A program made the position numbers and the translations under genes. From positions 1 through 64,000 of IMG/VR virus record IMGVR_UViG_3300008120_000016: a DNA stretch of 64,000 nt. One strand, written 5' to 3'. Source of the DNA: a virus. How positions within the stretch are numbered: position 1 is the stretch's first letter; each line of letters starts with the position of its first letter. This document shows positions 54,801 to 64,000 of the stretch, piece by piece. The notes below the pieces were generated by a model. The model did not search any database, was not told where the DNA came from, and saw only the letters and a list, made by a program, of their open reading frames with translations.

Positions 54801-57800
54801 TTCATCTGATTGAGTTCCTAGAATCTCTGCTCTTTCTTTGAAAAGCTCATCTCTTTTTTTATAAAACTCATCACTAATTACAATTCTTGTATTACTTGCT
54901 TCCCAAAGTTTAAATTGCTCGCTATCTTCACCATACTTAAGCTTAGCTTTTTCACGAGATCTTTCATAAAACTCTGTTTGTTCTACAAATTCGTAAAGAT
55001 TTTTCTTATCTATATCGTATTGCTCTAATATATTAGCAATTTTTAAAGCATCACCTGTTTTTGGATTACCACGTTCATCAACTTTTTCTCTTATTGAAGC
55101 TTTTTCTTCAGTTATTTCTTGAAGTCTTTTTAAATAATCAGGATTAAAAGCACCATTTAATTTTTCCTCTTCTGTAAATTCGTTTTCTAACTGAAGAATG
55201 CGATTTTGTAAATTTGCATTTATTTCTCGTATAGTAGTTTCTACACCTTGATACATTACTTTTGTATCTAAAGGTTTAGTCATTCTATAATATTCATCAG
55301 TAAATCCTGTTTGTAAATATCTTTTTTCAAAATCTTTTAAATCTTTTCTTGCTTTTGTAATCTCACTTTTATTTTTTCCTTCTTGTGCTTTCTTTAGAGC
55401 ATATACTTTCTTGTTATAATCAGAATATAATCTTTCATCAAACTCACTTTTAAAATAAAGAACATTCATCGATTTGCCAGTGTTTACATTAAATTCATCA
55501 ACTACATATGTAAGAGACTGATTTAATGTTTTAACATCTAACATTTGCCCATAAATGTCCCATCTTTTTTGAAGTTGTTTACTTAAGTCATCTCTTACTT
55601 TTTTATTTTCAAGTCTAACTCTATCTAAAGATGCTTTTAATTTTTTAGCAGCACCAGCAAGAATAATATCAGGATTTCCTATTGTAGCAAACACCCTAGA
55701 CCAGAAAACACCAGCATCACCTCTATCTCCTTTTAATAACTCAGCTATTACTTTTTCTGATGGTAAGTTATCACGTTCTTCTTTTAATACTTCTGCTCTT
55801 TTAAAATCTTTTCTAACTTTTGCTGCAGCAATTAATTCATTATACTCTCTAACAATAGTGTTTAGTGAATCTTTGTTAAATACATCTAGTAACATATCAC
55901 TTACCATTGGAGTAATAGTGGTAACGTAATCATTGTTAACACTAGAAATTAAACCAACTAATTGTGAAAGTTTTTCATACACTGGATTATTTTGAGATGC
56001 ACCTGGCATATAACCGAGCAAATCTTCAAACATATTTCTGTAACCTGTTAGAAAATCTCTAATCTTCATCATTTCACTCAATCTTTGAGAAGCACCTGCA
56101 TTACTAGTAGGTGTAAGTTCTTTCAAAGATTCAAAATATTGAATAGTTTGTTCGATAATAGGTACACTTGAGTCAATCATATCAAGGAAACTTTTTTGCA
56201 TATTTGCAAACTGACCAGGTGTTATATTATCAAAATCTTCAAAAAGATCTAAAGCTGTTTTAACTTTTAAACGTTGTGAAGAAACTTTATTTGACTTTGT
56301 AGTAACATCTTCTAAAGCTTTAAATAAATTATCTTGATCTTTATTTTTTTCAAATTTTCTACCAATTTCAATTAATCTAGCGTATGCTTTTACAAAAGCT
56401 TCTTTTAATTTTTCCTTTTTTATTTTATTAATGTTATCTAAACGAGTATCTCTTATATCAATTTTTACTTCTTCTTTTATAGATGCATCGTTAGACGTAT
56501 CTAAATTAGGAAAATAATAACTTGCAAGATTACTATTAAAAGTAACATTCTCAATTAACTCAGGTCTTACTTCAGTAACCTTTTTTGTAGTATTATCTAA
56601 ACGATAAGGAACTCCTATTACATTTAAAGATCCTACTCGTACACCGGCCTCCATTAACATTTTTTTGTAAATAGAAAGCTGTTGTCCATACTTTTGTTTA
56701 TTACTTCTTTGTTTATCTACTAATTCTTTTAATGTTGTAGGATCATTTAAAACACCTGTAGGACTTAATTTATTAATAGCACTATGAAATTCTTCAACTA
56801 ACCCTTCTTTAACATAAGGTTTTTCTCCAAAGTTTTTAAGAAATTTAGTTTTAAAATCATAAATATCAACTGTACCATCCGGTTTTATTACAATAATATC
56901 TAGCTGACCACCTATTTTACCATTACTTATAGATATTTCACTCATAATAACTGAACCATCTTTTTTAATTTCTCTAAGCATACCCATAATTCCTGGATTA
57001 TGAATATCTCCAAAAATTAATGATTCAAGTGATTTTCGATCAATTAATCTATAAACATCCGGGCTTACATGTTCTGGGTTATCAAAATCAATTTTATTTC
57101 CCAAAATTAAATTTTCTACAATTGTGTGAATACCAGTACCGAATAATCTTTTAGATGTTGCTTCAGAAGCTTTAAATAATAAATCAATCAATCTTGGGTT
57201 CAATAATCCTTCAAATACACTTTTATCAAAAGTCCCATCTACAATATTATTTATTAAAAAATCCTTTACTTGTTCAGCTATTTCTATATTTGATTTACTT
57301 GTATCAATTATACCTGCTGGTATTGCATTTAACCATGCATCAGACAATTGCATTAATACACTTGGGTCTTCAAGCTCACTTATAAAATCACTACCTATAA
57401 TAGTAGTTACACTATTCATTACATTATCTTCACTAAAATCAGCATGAATATATTTATGACTATCTTTATTAAAACCAGTTTTAGCAACATAAGCAACAAT
57501 TTTTTGTAATGTTGCTTTCTGTGCATCATTCATTGGTTGAGATTCGTAAATATTCTTTTCTTCATCTGTTAGCTGATTGTAAATTTCAGATGATTTTAAA
57601 TTTGTATTTAACAATTCCATTTCACCAGAAAAAAACATTTCTTGCAATATTTCAAAAGAATCTTTTTTCACTTTAACTTTATTAATAAGACTCATTATCA
57701 TATCAATCAAAGTCTGCAACCAACCTCTTTTTTCTTTCTTTTTCATTTCATTAGCTAACTCTTTAGCTAAAGCTTCTTTACGAATTTTATCAAATCTAAC

Positions 57801-58523
57801 TTTACCATCTGGTGTGCGATAGTTAGGATTATTTTTATATTTTGCAAGTGTACTTTTATAAGTACTTGTAGTTCTAACTTTATCTAATGCTTCAATCAAT
57901 GCCTCATTATCTTGAGGCAACATATCTAAAAAGAAGTGCATAGCTTCTTCAGGAAGAGCTACATCCATCTTTCCAGATTGAATTTGAACCATTCTTTCTG
58001 CAAAATCAGCTATACCATTAGAACCATATTTTTTAATTAAATCGTCTTGTTCTAAAATTTTAACTCCAATGCGACTAAGAAAATCCTTACATAAATCAGT
58101 TAATGACTTTGATTGACTTCTATGATAAGTTGCAAGGCTGTTCCATTTATTAAGACTATCTTCATTGATTGTAACATAGTCTCCTTTATATTCTAACACT
58201 GAACCATACTTATCAGTGTATTTAGCTAGTTCGTTAGAAATATCTATATTTTGATTTAATGGATACCATTTACGACCATTTTCTTCTACAGGTTCACCAT
58301 AAATTATACTATCATTATTTAAAACATTTATAAGTTCATCCCATTTTAATAATGGTAATTTTTGTAAATCTTCTAAAGCTTCTCTATTTGTAAGTAATTC
58401 ACGAGCTTTTTCAAAAGACGGAATCTCAGAATTGTTACGGATAAAAGATAACATAGCTCTATCTTCACCAAGCTGTTCAACTAGTGATTTCCATTCTTTA
58501 CTACTTTTATTAGGGCAAACCAT
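51849..58523 (-). CDS. Giant virion/ejection-type protein with an internal PD-(D/E)xK nuclease domain
   Basis: 2224 aa, directly downstream of the RNAP gene; GTGIHTIVE...GGQLDII...DIYDFKT...YGQQLSIY motifs; helical hydrophobic C-terminus. Confidence 0.7.
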   Translation of the reverse strand: MVCPNKSSKEWKSLVEQLGEDRAMLSFIRNNSEIPSFEKARELLTNREALEDLQKLPLLKWDELINVLNNDSIIYGEPVEENGRKWYPLNQNIDISNELAKYTDKYGSVLEYKGDYVTINEDSLNKWNSLATYHRSQSKSLTDLCKDFLSRIGVKILEQDDLIKKYGSNGIADFAERMVQIQSGKMDVALPEEAMHFFLDMLPQDNEALIEALDKVRTTSTYKSTLAKYKNNPNYRTPDGKVRFDKIRKEALAKELANEMKKKEKRGWLQTLIDMIMSLINKVKVKKDSFEILQEMFFSGEMELLNTNLKSSEIYNQLTDEEKNIYESQPMNDAQKATLQKIVAYVAKTGFNKDSHKYIHADFSEDNVMNSVTTIIGSDFISELEDPSVLMQLSDAWLNAIPAGIIDTSKSNIEIAEQVKDFLINNIVDGTFDKSVFEGLLNPRLIDLLFKASEATSKRLFGTGIHTIVENLILGNKIDFDNPEHVSPDVYRLIDRKSLESLIFGDIHNPGIMGMLREIKKDGSVIMSEISISNGKIGGQLDIIVIKPDGTVDIYDFKTKFLKNFGEKPYVKEGLVEEFHSAINKLSPTGVLNDPTTLKELVDKQRSNKQKYGQQLSIYKKMLMEAGVRVGSLNVIGVPYRLDNTTKKVTEVRPELIENVTFNSNLASYYFPNLDTSNDASIKEEVKIDIRDTRLDNINKIKKEKLKEAFVKAYARLIEIGRKFEKNKDQDNLFKALEDVTTKSNKVSSQRLKVKTALDLFEDFDNITPGQFANMQKSFLDMIDSSVPIIEQTIQYFESLKELTPTSNAGASQRLSEMMKIRDFLTGYRNMFEDLLGYMPGASQNNPVYEKLSQLVGLISSVNNDYVTTITPMVSDMLLDVFNKDSLNTIVREYNELIAAAKVRKDFKRAEVLKEERDNLPSEKVIAELLKGDRGDAGVFWSRVFATIGNPDIILAGAAKKLKASLDRVRLENKKVRDDLSKQLQKRWDIYGQMLDVKTLNQSLTYVVDEFNVNTGKSMNVLYFKSEFDERLYSDYNKKVYALKKAQEGKNKSEITKARKDLKDFEKRYLQTGFTDEYYRMTKPLDTKVMYQGVETTIREINANLQNRILQLENEFTEEEKLNGAFNPDYLKRLQEITEEKASIREKVDERGNPKTGDALKIANILEQYDIDKKNLYEFVEQTEFYERSREKAKLKYGEDSEQFKLWEASNTRIVISDEFYKKRDELFKERAEILGTQSDEISDLYKQLRNLTGTYKDKDGYVRGTMLSKESAKKLKEIETRLEYLKDTSEVSIFNGYTREEKNRVDALYYAKNNGFDYSQRELDELREKAQQRIDMRMLADPDFAKKLKRLKEINDEIFSMSKKERTKYYDEELEKQMQMFADSRMITMDQLKQEGTYLEEFKESEWYMNNHIIKVKVLYEDEDGRKRVARTDTPTSQWLRSMPVEKYIEIKPGSHFVKSVQRDFYINEKGQKILLRDPNNLDVKNRFKPKTNEAYRKEYGVDHPYLNKDFVELRNRVNNGTADQMEKVDYENLIYISSKMLESQQEIELSQRLGLAVPFLEKQGLERTIETKGENITSKTQSRLTSFGQYIKRAFTRTDQDVDQTGIPTQEADSRNDIAKLATMDNEEIKYVPVRFSTKGEAENASYNVWGGVLGYLGSVTRKKELEKDLAFINGLESILGDKANQPKTEQRNLILNNIYKKYIPELEAARINKGTNIRLDTLKSFVNSVMYNEEYFQGIDVLGVNSQKAVNALMGLSSFTMLGAAPLNWATNWISGNIQNMVEGIGGKLYTMKEYGSAHSDIYGSGKYGSAIKDLMSDYTKVGMLSFWGQIMEYFDPIQGEFENEYGQKTNFNKAKNILQLGLFAGKVWGEWEIQMKSFIAFMKNVRLYDGKMVDKEDFITLKIGTDVENLTPREISELKLKALEEWDSLDVNLLDLFEQDKEGVLVVKDEYKNVFQLGSSEFSNIIGKLHAMQKRLNGSYAKFDRSYAEKTSLGRMAFFFRKYFLPIGVNRWGERRADYESMSPEQGFYITFIQSWGKDLVKFNWNNLVNWENYSDFEKRAIKRTLADIAIVLSIIAVTSLLLGWDPDDPDRFKKLKEKNWAHRATLFILLKVKSETEQFLPYAGLDEIKGVYSNPSLLFNETTRYIKISKLLGMHLLDATPFFNFEGSLYYKKDVDQSGLKDKGDAKIVAEFMRSFVGYTGRTIHPEDALKAFENLQKR

Positions 58524-58541
58524 TTATAAATAATTTAATTT

Positions 58542-61500
58542 TTAACAAGATAATCTTTTCAAAAACTCTTCAATTTTTTCACCAGATAGTTTTTCAGCAT
58601 CGTATTTCTTTTGAATATCTTGAACTGATTTAACTTTTTCAAATATCACTCTAGCAGAATCAAGATTATTATTTAAATACGAAGCAATTGTATATTCAAT
58701 ACTATCTTTAGAATAATCTGTAATAGAACCAATTTTAGATAAACTTAGGATATCCTTTCTCATACCATTTTCATCACCCCATTTCATAGCTTTATTACTA
58801 TCCAAAGATATAATAATACCTTTAGATGTTACAACATAATCTGTATTTCTGTAATTAATAATATTAGCTTTATTTGCCATTGCCTGGAGATTATCCTTAG
58901 ATACACTCTTTTTAGCAGCAGTTCCTTCTTTTAATGGATTATATATTTGAATTGTGTTATTTTTATTAAACTTAGTTACTATATACACTTCATCTTGATA
59001 CTTAACATATCTACCTGGTTCAATTTCAAAAGTTTTAACTGGTTCATTTTTAACCTCTGTTTTGGATTCAGAAACATATTGTATACCTGTTTTTAAATCA
59101 ACATCTTCTATGTAAATTTCTCCACTCTCTTTATCAGTTAAATAATACAAACCATTGTCTTGTAATAACCATTTCGATGTCTGAGGAGCATTTTCTCTTC
59201 TACCTGTAACAGGATTATAAAATACTTTAAACTTAGTTGCACTTGTAAAGAATTCTTTAGGAGCAACGTTGTTTGACTTTGATAAATATGTTTTATAAGC
59301 AGCTACATCGTCATCACTTATAACCTTTACACCTTTACCAGATGGTTTAGCAATAGGGGTAGTAGATTTAATTGCTGGTTTAGAACCTTCTAATTGTTTT
59401 TCTAATTCGTTTATTTCATCACTTGTATAATCTAAAATTACCTTAGAAAGTTTATCAAAAGCATATTTAAACTCAGAATCTACTTTAAATACTTTTTCAC
59501 CTTTCTTTCTTGATCCTATATAAATTTCATTTTCTTCTTTGTCGTACATAAAAAGATCATCCCCTGTAGGTTTAGGAAAAACATCCATTTCACCAGCACC
59601 AGTTCCAAAAGGAACATAATAAAACTGACCTTCTACATTTAATAAACCTTTAGAAACTTTTTTACCTCCAATAGCTGTAATAAATTGGTCTACTCCTTCT
59701 TTACCTTTTAATATGACAACGTCAGCAGGTTTGGTTCTTTTCATTGCTTTATCAGATATGCCAGGTAATCTACCATGTCCGTAGATAGAATATGTAGCTC
59801 CTATTTCATTTAAATAATCAATAAATGGAGTATCTACACCTTCCATATCACCTACTATAAAAGTATAATCTCCTGCATCGTGTACCTTTTTAATAGCAAA
59901 TTTTGTATCTTCTTCTAAAGGTTTTCCTTTTAAAGTACCATTTCTAGCTAACATAACATGACCTCTTTCACTATCACTAAAAACATAAATAGTTTTTTCA
60001 CTATTGGGTGTTTTTTGAACTTTCCAATCTATAGGTTTTCCTTGACGATCATTAGGTAATTCTTTTTTCCATCTCGCAAGTATTTCTTTTGCTGATGTAT
60101 GAGTAGAACTTTTTCCATTATAATCTGTGACCTCACCAATAAAGAATTTTGCATCTTTTCTCATAGCTACATCAGCATCTGTACCACGTGAAGCACTTGG
60201 ACGATTCCATTTAAATACTTTTACTTCAGATAATCCTGGAGAACTTTCATCTCTTATACTTTTACCAGGCTTATCTTTTATTCTTTCATTAATTAAATCA
60301 ACAAGTACGTGTGCATGACTTCTATAGCCTGCTTTAAAGTATACAAAAGTTTTATTATCAAGTCTTCCTGAATCAATTACCCCAAGTATCCAATCTCTTC
60401 TTTCAGGTTGCACATCAAAAAAGTCTTCTTTTCTCAACCACTTTTCATAATTATTAGCAGCTTCTATAATACCATCCATTCCATCTTGAACAGTTTTAAT
60501 AGAACCTTGAAATCCTTTTTCACTCCAAGGATTTCCAAAATGTAAATTTTCATCTACACCTGGAATATCATCACCGGGATTAGGTCTCATTGAATAAATA
60601 CCTTCCTTACGTCTAGCTGCTTGTTTAGTTTCAAAAGTACCAGCTTTAATTACTAATCTTGTTTGATTACCCAAAGGTGTCATAACATTTCCTGGTTGTG
60701 CAGAAGATGTTTGTGTAATAATCTTTTTAAAATCAAGTTTATACTTACGAGTGTACCATTTACCAAGACTACTTTTATCTCCGGTTAATGTATCTTTTGA
60801 AATTCCAGTGTAGAATATAGGATTATTTGAACGAAACATGCTCCAAAAATGTTTATAGACATCACTTTTTTGTTTCGTACCAAAATCAGCTATTAAATTC
60901 TGATAACTTTCAAAGGCATATCCGTATAATTTATTAATTATTTGAATAGGTGCTACCGATGTATAACTTACATCAGAAGTATTCATGCCAGATTGAAAAA
61001 TTGAATATAAAGCAAGATCTTTAAAAAAACTAACTACTAATCTATCTATATCATCTTTAGGTTCAATATTTACCAAACTTTCAAACTGACTAATAATACT
61101 TTGTTTTTCTATTGGGTTAGAACTATTTTCAACTAATTTAAAAGTATTTAATCGATTATTATTCTCTCCTATTTGTAATACTATATTTTTAATAAAAGGA
61201 TATCTTTCAGCTAATGAATTAAAAGCTAAAACGTCAGCACCAGAAACATTGTCTTTTATTTTTCTAGTTTTTAATTCATACCAATTATCAACCATTTTAG
61301 TAGTAGTAACTAATTCTAATAAATACTCATTTAAATCTTTATCAGTATTAAATGTTTCTTTAAAAAATTTAGTACCTTCTTCAGATTTGTCTAAGCCATT
61401 TTGTAACAAGTAATTAGCAAAATCATTTTTTGCAGTTCGTGCTACTTTTGACATATCATCTTGAGAAATAATCTGTTTATTATCACGACTATCTCTCATT

Positions 61501-64000
61501 AAAGTTATTTCATTTAAAAGAAACTCATTAAAATCTTCATCATTTCTTATTGGAAATAACTCACTAAGAATTGATTTAATATCATCTCCAACATCTAAAG
61601 GACTAATAATACTATTCTTTTTAATATTTATTAAAGTTTCACTGCTTAAAATGTTTAAATTAAAGTCCACTGATCTTTCATACTCATCGTTTTTAGCATA
61701 AACTTCAAATGAACTTTTATAAGGATTTGTATCAAAATCTAAAAATCTTTGTGCTTCTGTCATACTGTTAGACTGCTCTCTTAAATTTAATAATTCTAAG
61801 AGCATAGACAGCTGTATAATTTTTCCTTTATCAGTTAATGTTGATATATCAAAATCAATTTCACCATTGTCTTCTCCTTTTTGAATACCTTTATACAACA
61901 TTTCTTCTGTAAAAAACTGATCGTAAGATCCATTTACAAAACTTATATTTCTTTCTAATGTTTTTTCTATTGCTTTTTTACTAGTATCTTGTTGAGCAAA
62001 TCCAAGTTCTAACAATGTTCTTTTTAAAGCTAATTGTCTTGAACCTTCATCTCCATCATAATTAAGCTGAGTATGAAGATTTTGATACATCGACAGGTTC
62101 TTAATGTATGTTCTAATGGCAGGTTGATTAACAAAATATAATATCTTTTTAGAAGACATCCCAGCATATTTCATATAAAATATAATAGGACTTAATTCTG
62201 TTACAACATTAGCTGCAAAAACATAATCATCTCTAGCAACATCTACAAAAGCATTAATAAACTCACTAAAAAACTCTGATTTTAATTGATTGTCTTCGTC
62301 AAATATGCTTGCAAAATTTATGTTTTCAATTAAACCTTTTGAATTTTTTTCAATGTAATTTGAATTAAAAAATGTTTTAATTTGACTTGAATTGAAAAAA
62401 TGAGAATTACCTTCTGCATTAGCAAGTTGAAACATTACATTAAAGGTATTTGCTTTAGCTGCAATACCTAAATCACTTTTACCTTTGAGAAGTGATATGA
62501 ATTTTCTTAAGTTTTTTTCTCGATCAAGAATATCTGAATTCTTATAATCTGTTTTAGGTCTATCTTTTCCTTCTTCCTTTCTACCAAGTTTCTCAAATAT
62601 TTCATCTATTATAGGTAATATGTGATAATTTTCTGATGGAGTTACTAGTTCCATGTAGTTAGCAGGATGTAAAATAATATCAGCCATTACATCATAAAGC
62701 TTATTTTGTATATTACCTTTTATGTGATTGTATTTATATAATCTATTATGAACTACTTCAATTTCTTTTGTAATATCATTATAAATACCATCAATATATT
62801 CTTTGTTCTGATCACGAACTAGTTTTAAATATTCTGTCTCAGAATTAAATAAATTTTCTATTGAATTTACAAGTGTTTCTAAACCTTGTTTTCTTGTGTC
62901 GACCCAAAGCATAGGATTAAATACATTAAGATTATTATCTTCCATGTATTTTTCATATTCTCCTATATCAAAAGTGATATTAGAACGAATTAAATTTTGT
63001 AATACACTATCTGGATGATCATTGTTTTCAGCTGTTCTTGATAATGCTGATTTCATATTATCTGCAGCCTCAGCATCCATTACAGCAATAATTGTCTGAA
63101 CTCTTCTTAATAAACGATTAAGTTTATCTCGTGTTTGAGTATCTTTTCTTAAAGCTTTTCTATATGTACGTTCTAAATCTTTATACTCTTGAAGCAAATC
63201 ATTGACGGTAGTTCTTCTTGCTAGTTTTAAATAACTCAAATCAGCAACAGCTTCTGCTTTTTTATCTTGTATGTTTTCTTGTAAAATAGAATCATTATAT
63301 TCAAAATTGATATAATTACCATTTTTATCCAGATTAGGATAGAACACAAACATCTTATCAATATCAAAGTCAGATCCGGATTTAATAACCACTTCAGATG
63401 GCATAATAATAGCATCACCTACACTAGCCGGTAAAAATTCTTTTACCATCATTACATCTAAAAAGTTTCTACCTTGTGTTGGAATCCTATAAGCAATCAT
63501 AGTAATTGCTTTTTCATTTTCTGCTCTCCAAGCATCATCTCGTATAGCTTGATTTAATCTCTCTCTTGTTCCAATTTTTGAACCATTCCAGTTAAGATTT
63601 AATAAATTTAACCATTGACCAGTGAGAGCTATTTTGACATCCATTTTACCAACAATAACATTATTTGCTATTTGTTGAACATCATAGTAATTTAATTCAG
63701 AATTACCATATGTCTCAACAGCTTTTTTACTATCATCCTTATTAAATATTGTAGGTTCTGATCCTGTAATAGCCATCTGAACTAACATAGATCCGTTAGT
63801 CTTATATCTTACTACTCTATTATTAATAGCAGATATAATTATTCCTTCAATAACTTGAGCTTGTACTGCAGCATCTAATGGAATTTCAAACTTACCTGTT
63901 GTTTCATTATATGAAAGAGCCTTTTTTACATTGCTGTCTTGATTCTTTTTATCTATCTCTTTAAAAAAGTATTCAACTAATTTATTTAAATCATTAACTT
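58542..64000 (-). CDS. Virion RNA polymerase (crAss-like), C-terminal >1800 aa; 5' end outside the window
   Basis: YRIPTQG and SGSDFDIDK (DFDID at 63357-63371) match the crAss-like/phi14:2 gp66-type catalytic signature. The frame stays open from 63788 to the window end. Confidence 0.88.
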   Translation of the reverse strand, partial: VNDLNKLVEYFFKEIDKKNQDSNVKKALSYNETTGKFEIPLDAAVQAQVIEGIIISAINNRVVRYKTNGSMLVQMAITGSEPTIFNKDDSKKAVETYGNSELNYYDVQQIANNVIVGKMDVKIALTGQWLNLLNLNWNGSKIGTRERLNQAIRDDAWRAENEKAITMIAYRIPTQGRNFLDVMMVKEFLPASVGDAIIMPSEVVIKSGSDFDIDKMFVFYPNLDKNGNYINFEYNDSILQENIQDKKAEAVADLSYLKLARRTTVNDLLQEYKDLERTYRKALRKDTQTRDKLNRLLRRVQTIIAVMDAEAADNMKSALSRTAENNDHPDSVLQNLIRSNITFDIGEYEKYMEDNNLNVFNPMLWVDTRKQGLETLVNSIENLFNSETEYLKLVRDQNKEYIDGIYNDITKEIEVVHNRLYKYNHIKGNIQNKLYDVMADIILHPANYMELVTPSENYHILPIIDEIFEKLGRKEEGKDRPKTDYKNSDILDREKNLRKFISLLKGKSDLGIAAKANTFNVMFQLANAEGNSHFFNSSQIKTFFNSNYIEKNSKGLIENINFASIFDEDNQLKSEFFSEFINAFVDVARDDYVFAANVVTELSPIIFYMKYAGMSSKKILYFVNQPAIRTYIKNLSMYQNLHTQLNYDGDEGSRQLALKRTLLELGFAQQDTSKKAIEKTLERNISFVNGSYDQFFTEEMLYKGIQKGEDNGEIDFDISTLTDKGKIIQLSMLLELLNLREQSNSMTEAQRFLDFDTNPYKSSFEVYAKNDEYERSVDFNLNILSSETLINIKKNSIISPLDVGDDIKSILSELFPIRNDEDFNEFLLNEITLMRDSRDNKQIISQDDMSKVARTAKNDFANYLLQNGLDKSEEGTKFFKETFNTDKDLNEYLLELVTTTKMVDNWYELKTRKIKDNVSGADVLAFNSLAERYPFIKNIVLQIGENNNRLNTFKLVENSSNPIEKQSIISQFESLVNIEPKDDIDRLVVSFFKDLALYSIFQSGMNTSDVSYTSVAPIQIINKLYGYAFESYQNLIADFGTKQKSDVYKHFWSMFRSNNPIFYTGISKDTLTGDKSSLGKWYTRKYKLDFKKIITQTSSAQPGNVMTPLGNQTRLVIKAGTFETKQAARRKEGIYSMRPNPGDDIPGVDENLHFGNPWSEKGFQGSIKTVQDGMDGIIEAANNYEKWLRKEDFFDVQPERRDWILGVIDSGRLDNKTFVYFKAGYRSHAHVLVDLINERIKDKPGKSIRDESSPGLSEVKVFKWNRPSASRGTDADVAMRKDAKFFIGEVTDYNGKSSTHTSAKEILARWKKELPNDRQGKPIDWKVQKTPNSEKTIYVFSDSERGHVMLARNGTLKGKPLEEDTKFAIKKVHDAGDYTFIVGDMEGVDTPFIDYLNEIGATYSIYGHGRLPGISDKAMKRTKPADVVILKGKEGVDQFITAIGGKKVSKGLLNVEGQFYYVPFGTGAGEMDVFPKPTGDDLFMYDKEENEIYIGSRKKGEKVFKVDSEFKYAFDKLSKVILDYTSDEINELEKQLEGSKPAIKSTTPIAKPSGKGVKVISDDDVAAYKTYLSKSNNVAPKEFFTSATKFKVFYNPVTGRRENAPQTSKWLLQDNGLYYLTDKESGEIYIEDVDLKTGIQYVSESKTEVKNEPVKTFEIEPGRYVKYQDEVYIVTKFNKNNTIQIYNPLKEGTAAKKSVSKDNLQAMANKANIINYRNTDYVVTSKGIIISLDSNKAMKWGDENGMRKDILSLSKIGSITDYSKDSIEYTIASYLNNNLDSARVIFEKVKSVQDIQKKYDAEKLSGEKIEEFLKRLSC

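Noticed and set aside
60180-60195. Second parS-like sequence TGTACCACGTGAAGCA
   Set aside because: Three mismatches to the perfect palindrome and inside the RNAP coding sequence; probably chance.
1-64000. Stop-codon reassignment (TAG/TGA), common in some crAss-like phages
   Set aside because: Terminase, portal, polymerase and both giant genes are uninterrupted in the standard code, and no suppressor tRNA was found.
1-64000. CRISPR array, DGR/retron reverse transcriptase, integrase, introns/inteins
   Set aside because: No repeat-spacer array, RT motif or recombinase motif seen; terL and polB have normal lengths with contiguous motifs.

Overview
This window is a 64-kb, AT-rich section of a large lytic tailed-phage genome of the crAss-like (Crassvirales-type) group. 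The host is most likely a Bacteroidota species, inferred from TAnnTTTG -7 promoter boxes and the absence of obvious SD motifs. Long ORFs are intact in the standard code, so there is no sign of stop-codon reassignment. Layout: (i) 1-12355, minus strand: head and packaging module (start of the major capsid gene, scaffold-like gene, portal, large terminase), two tRNA(-like) genes flanking a structured spacer, and conserved small genes; (ii) a GC-rich palindromic divergence point at about 12.5 kb; (iii) 12680-35286, plus strand: small early-type genes, a parS-like site, an ORF-free structured region of about 1 kb, a ParB-like gene, tRNA-Ile plus tmRNA, a helicase, UDG and a MoxR-AAA/vWA pair; (iv) 35377-38347, minus strand: lysis-type cassette; (v) 38486-51812, plus strand: replication module (DnaA-like HTH, DnaB, Sak4-like ATPase, primase, nucleases, family B polymerase, dNMP kinase, SPL-like radical SAM); (vi) 51849-64000, minus strand: two giant virion-type proteins, the second with the DFDID catalytic motif of crAss-like virion RNA polymerases. 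The most striking non-coding signals are three conserved-flank DNA hairpins with GNA triloops on the template strand upstream of early genes (candidate virion-RNAP promoters), a ~975-nt structured RNA candidate, a tmRNA with an unusually long acidic tag, a parS site, and a class-II-like tRNA with a non-canonical anticodon loop and a giant variable arm. All protein calls come from motif recognition by eye; no database searches were run.
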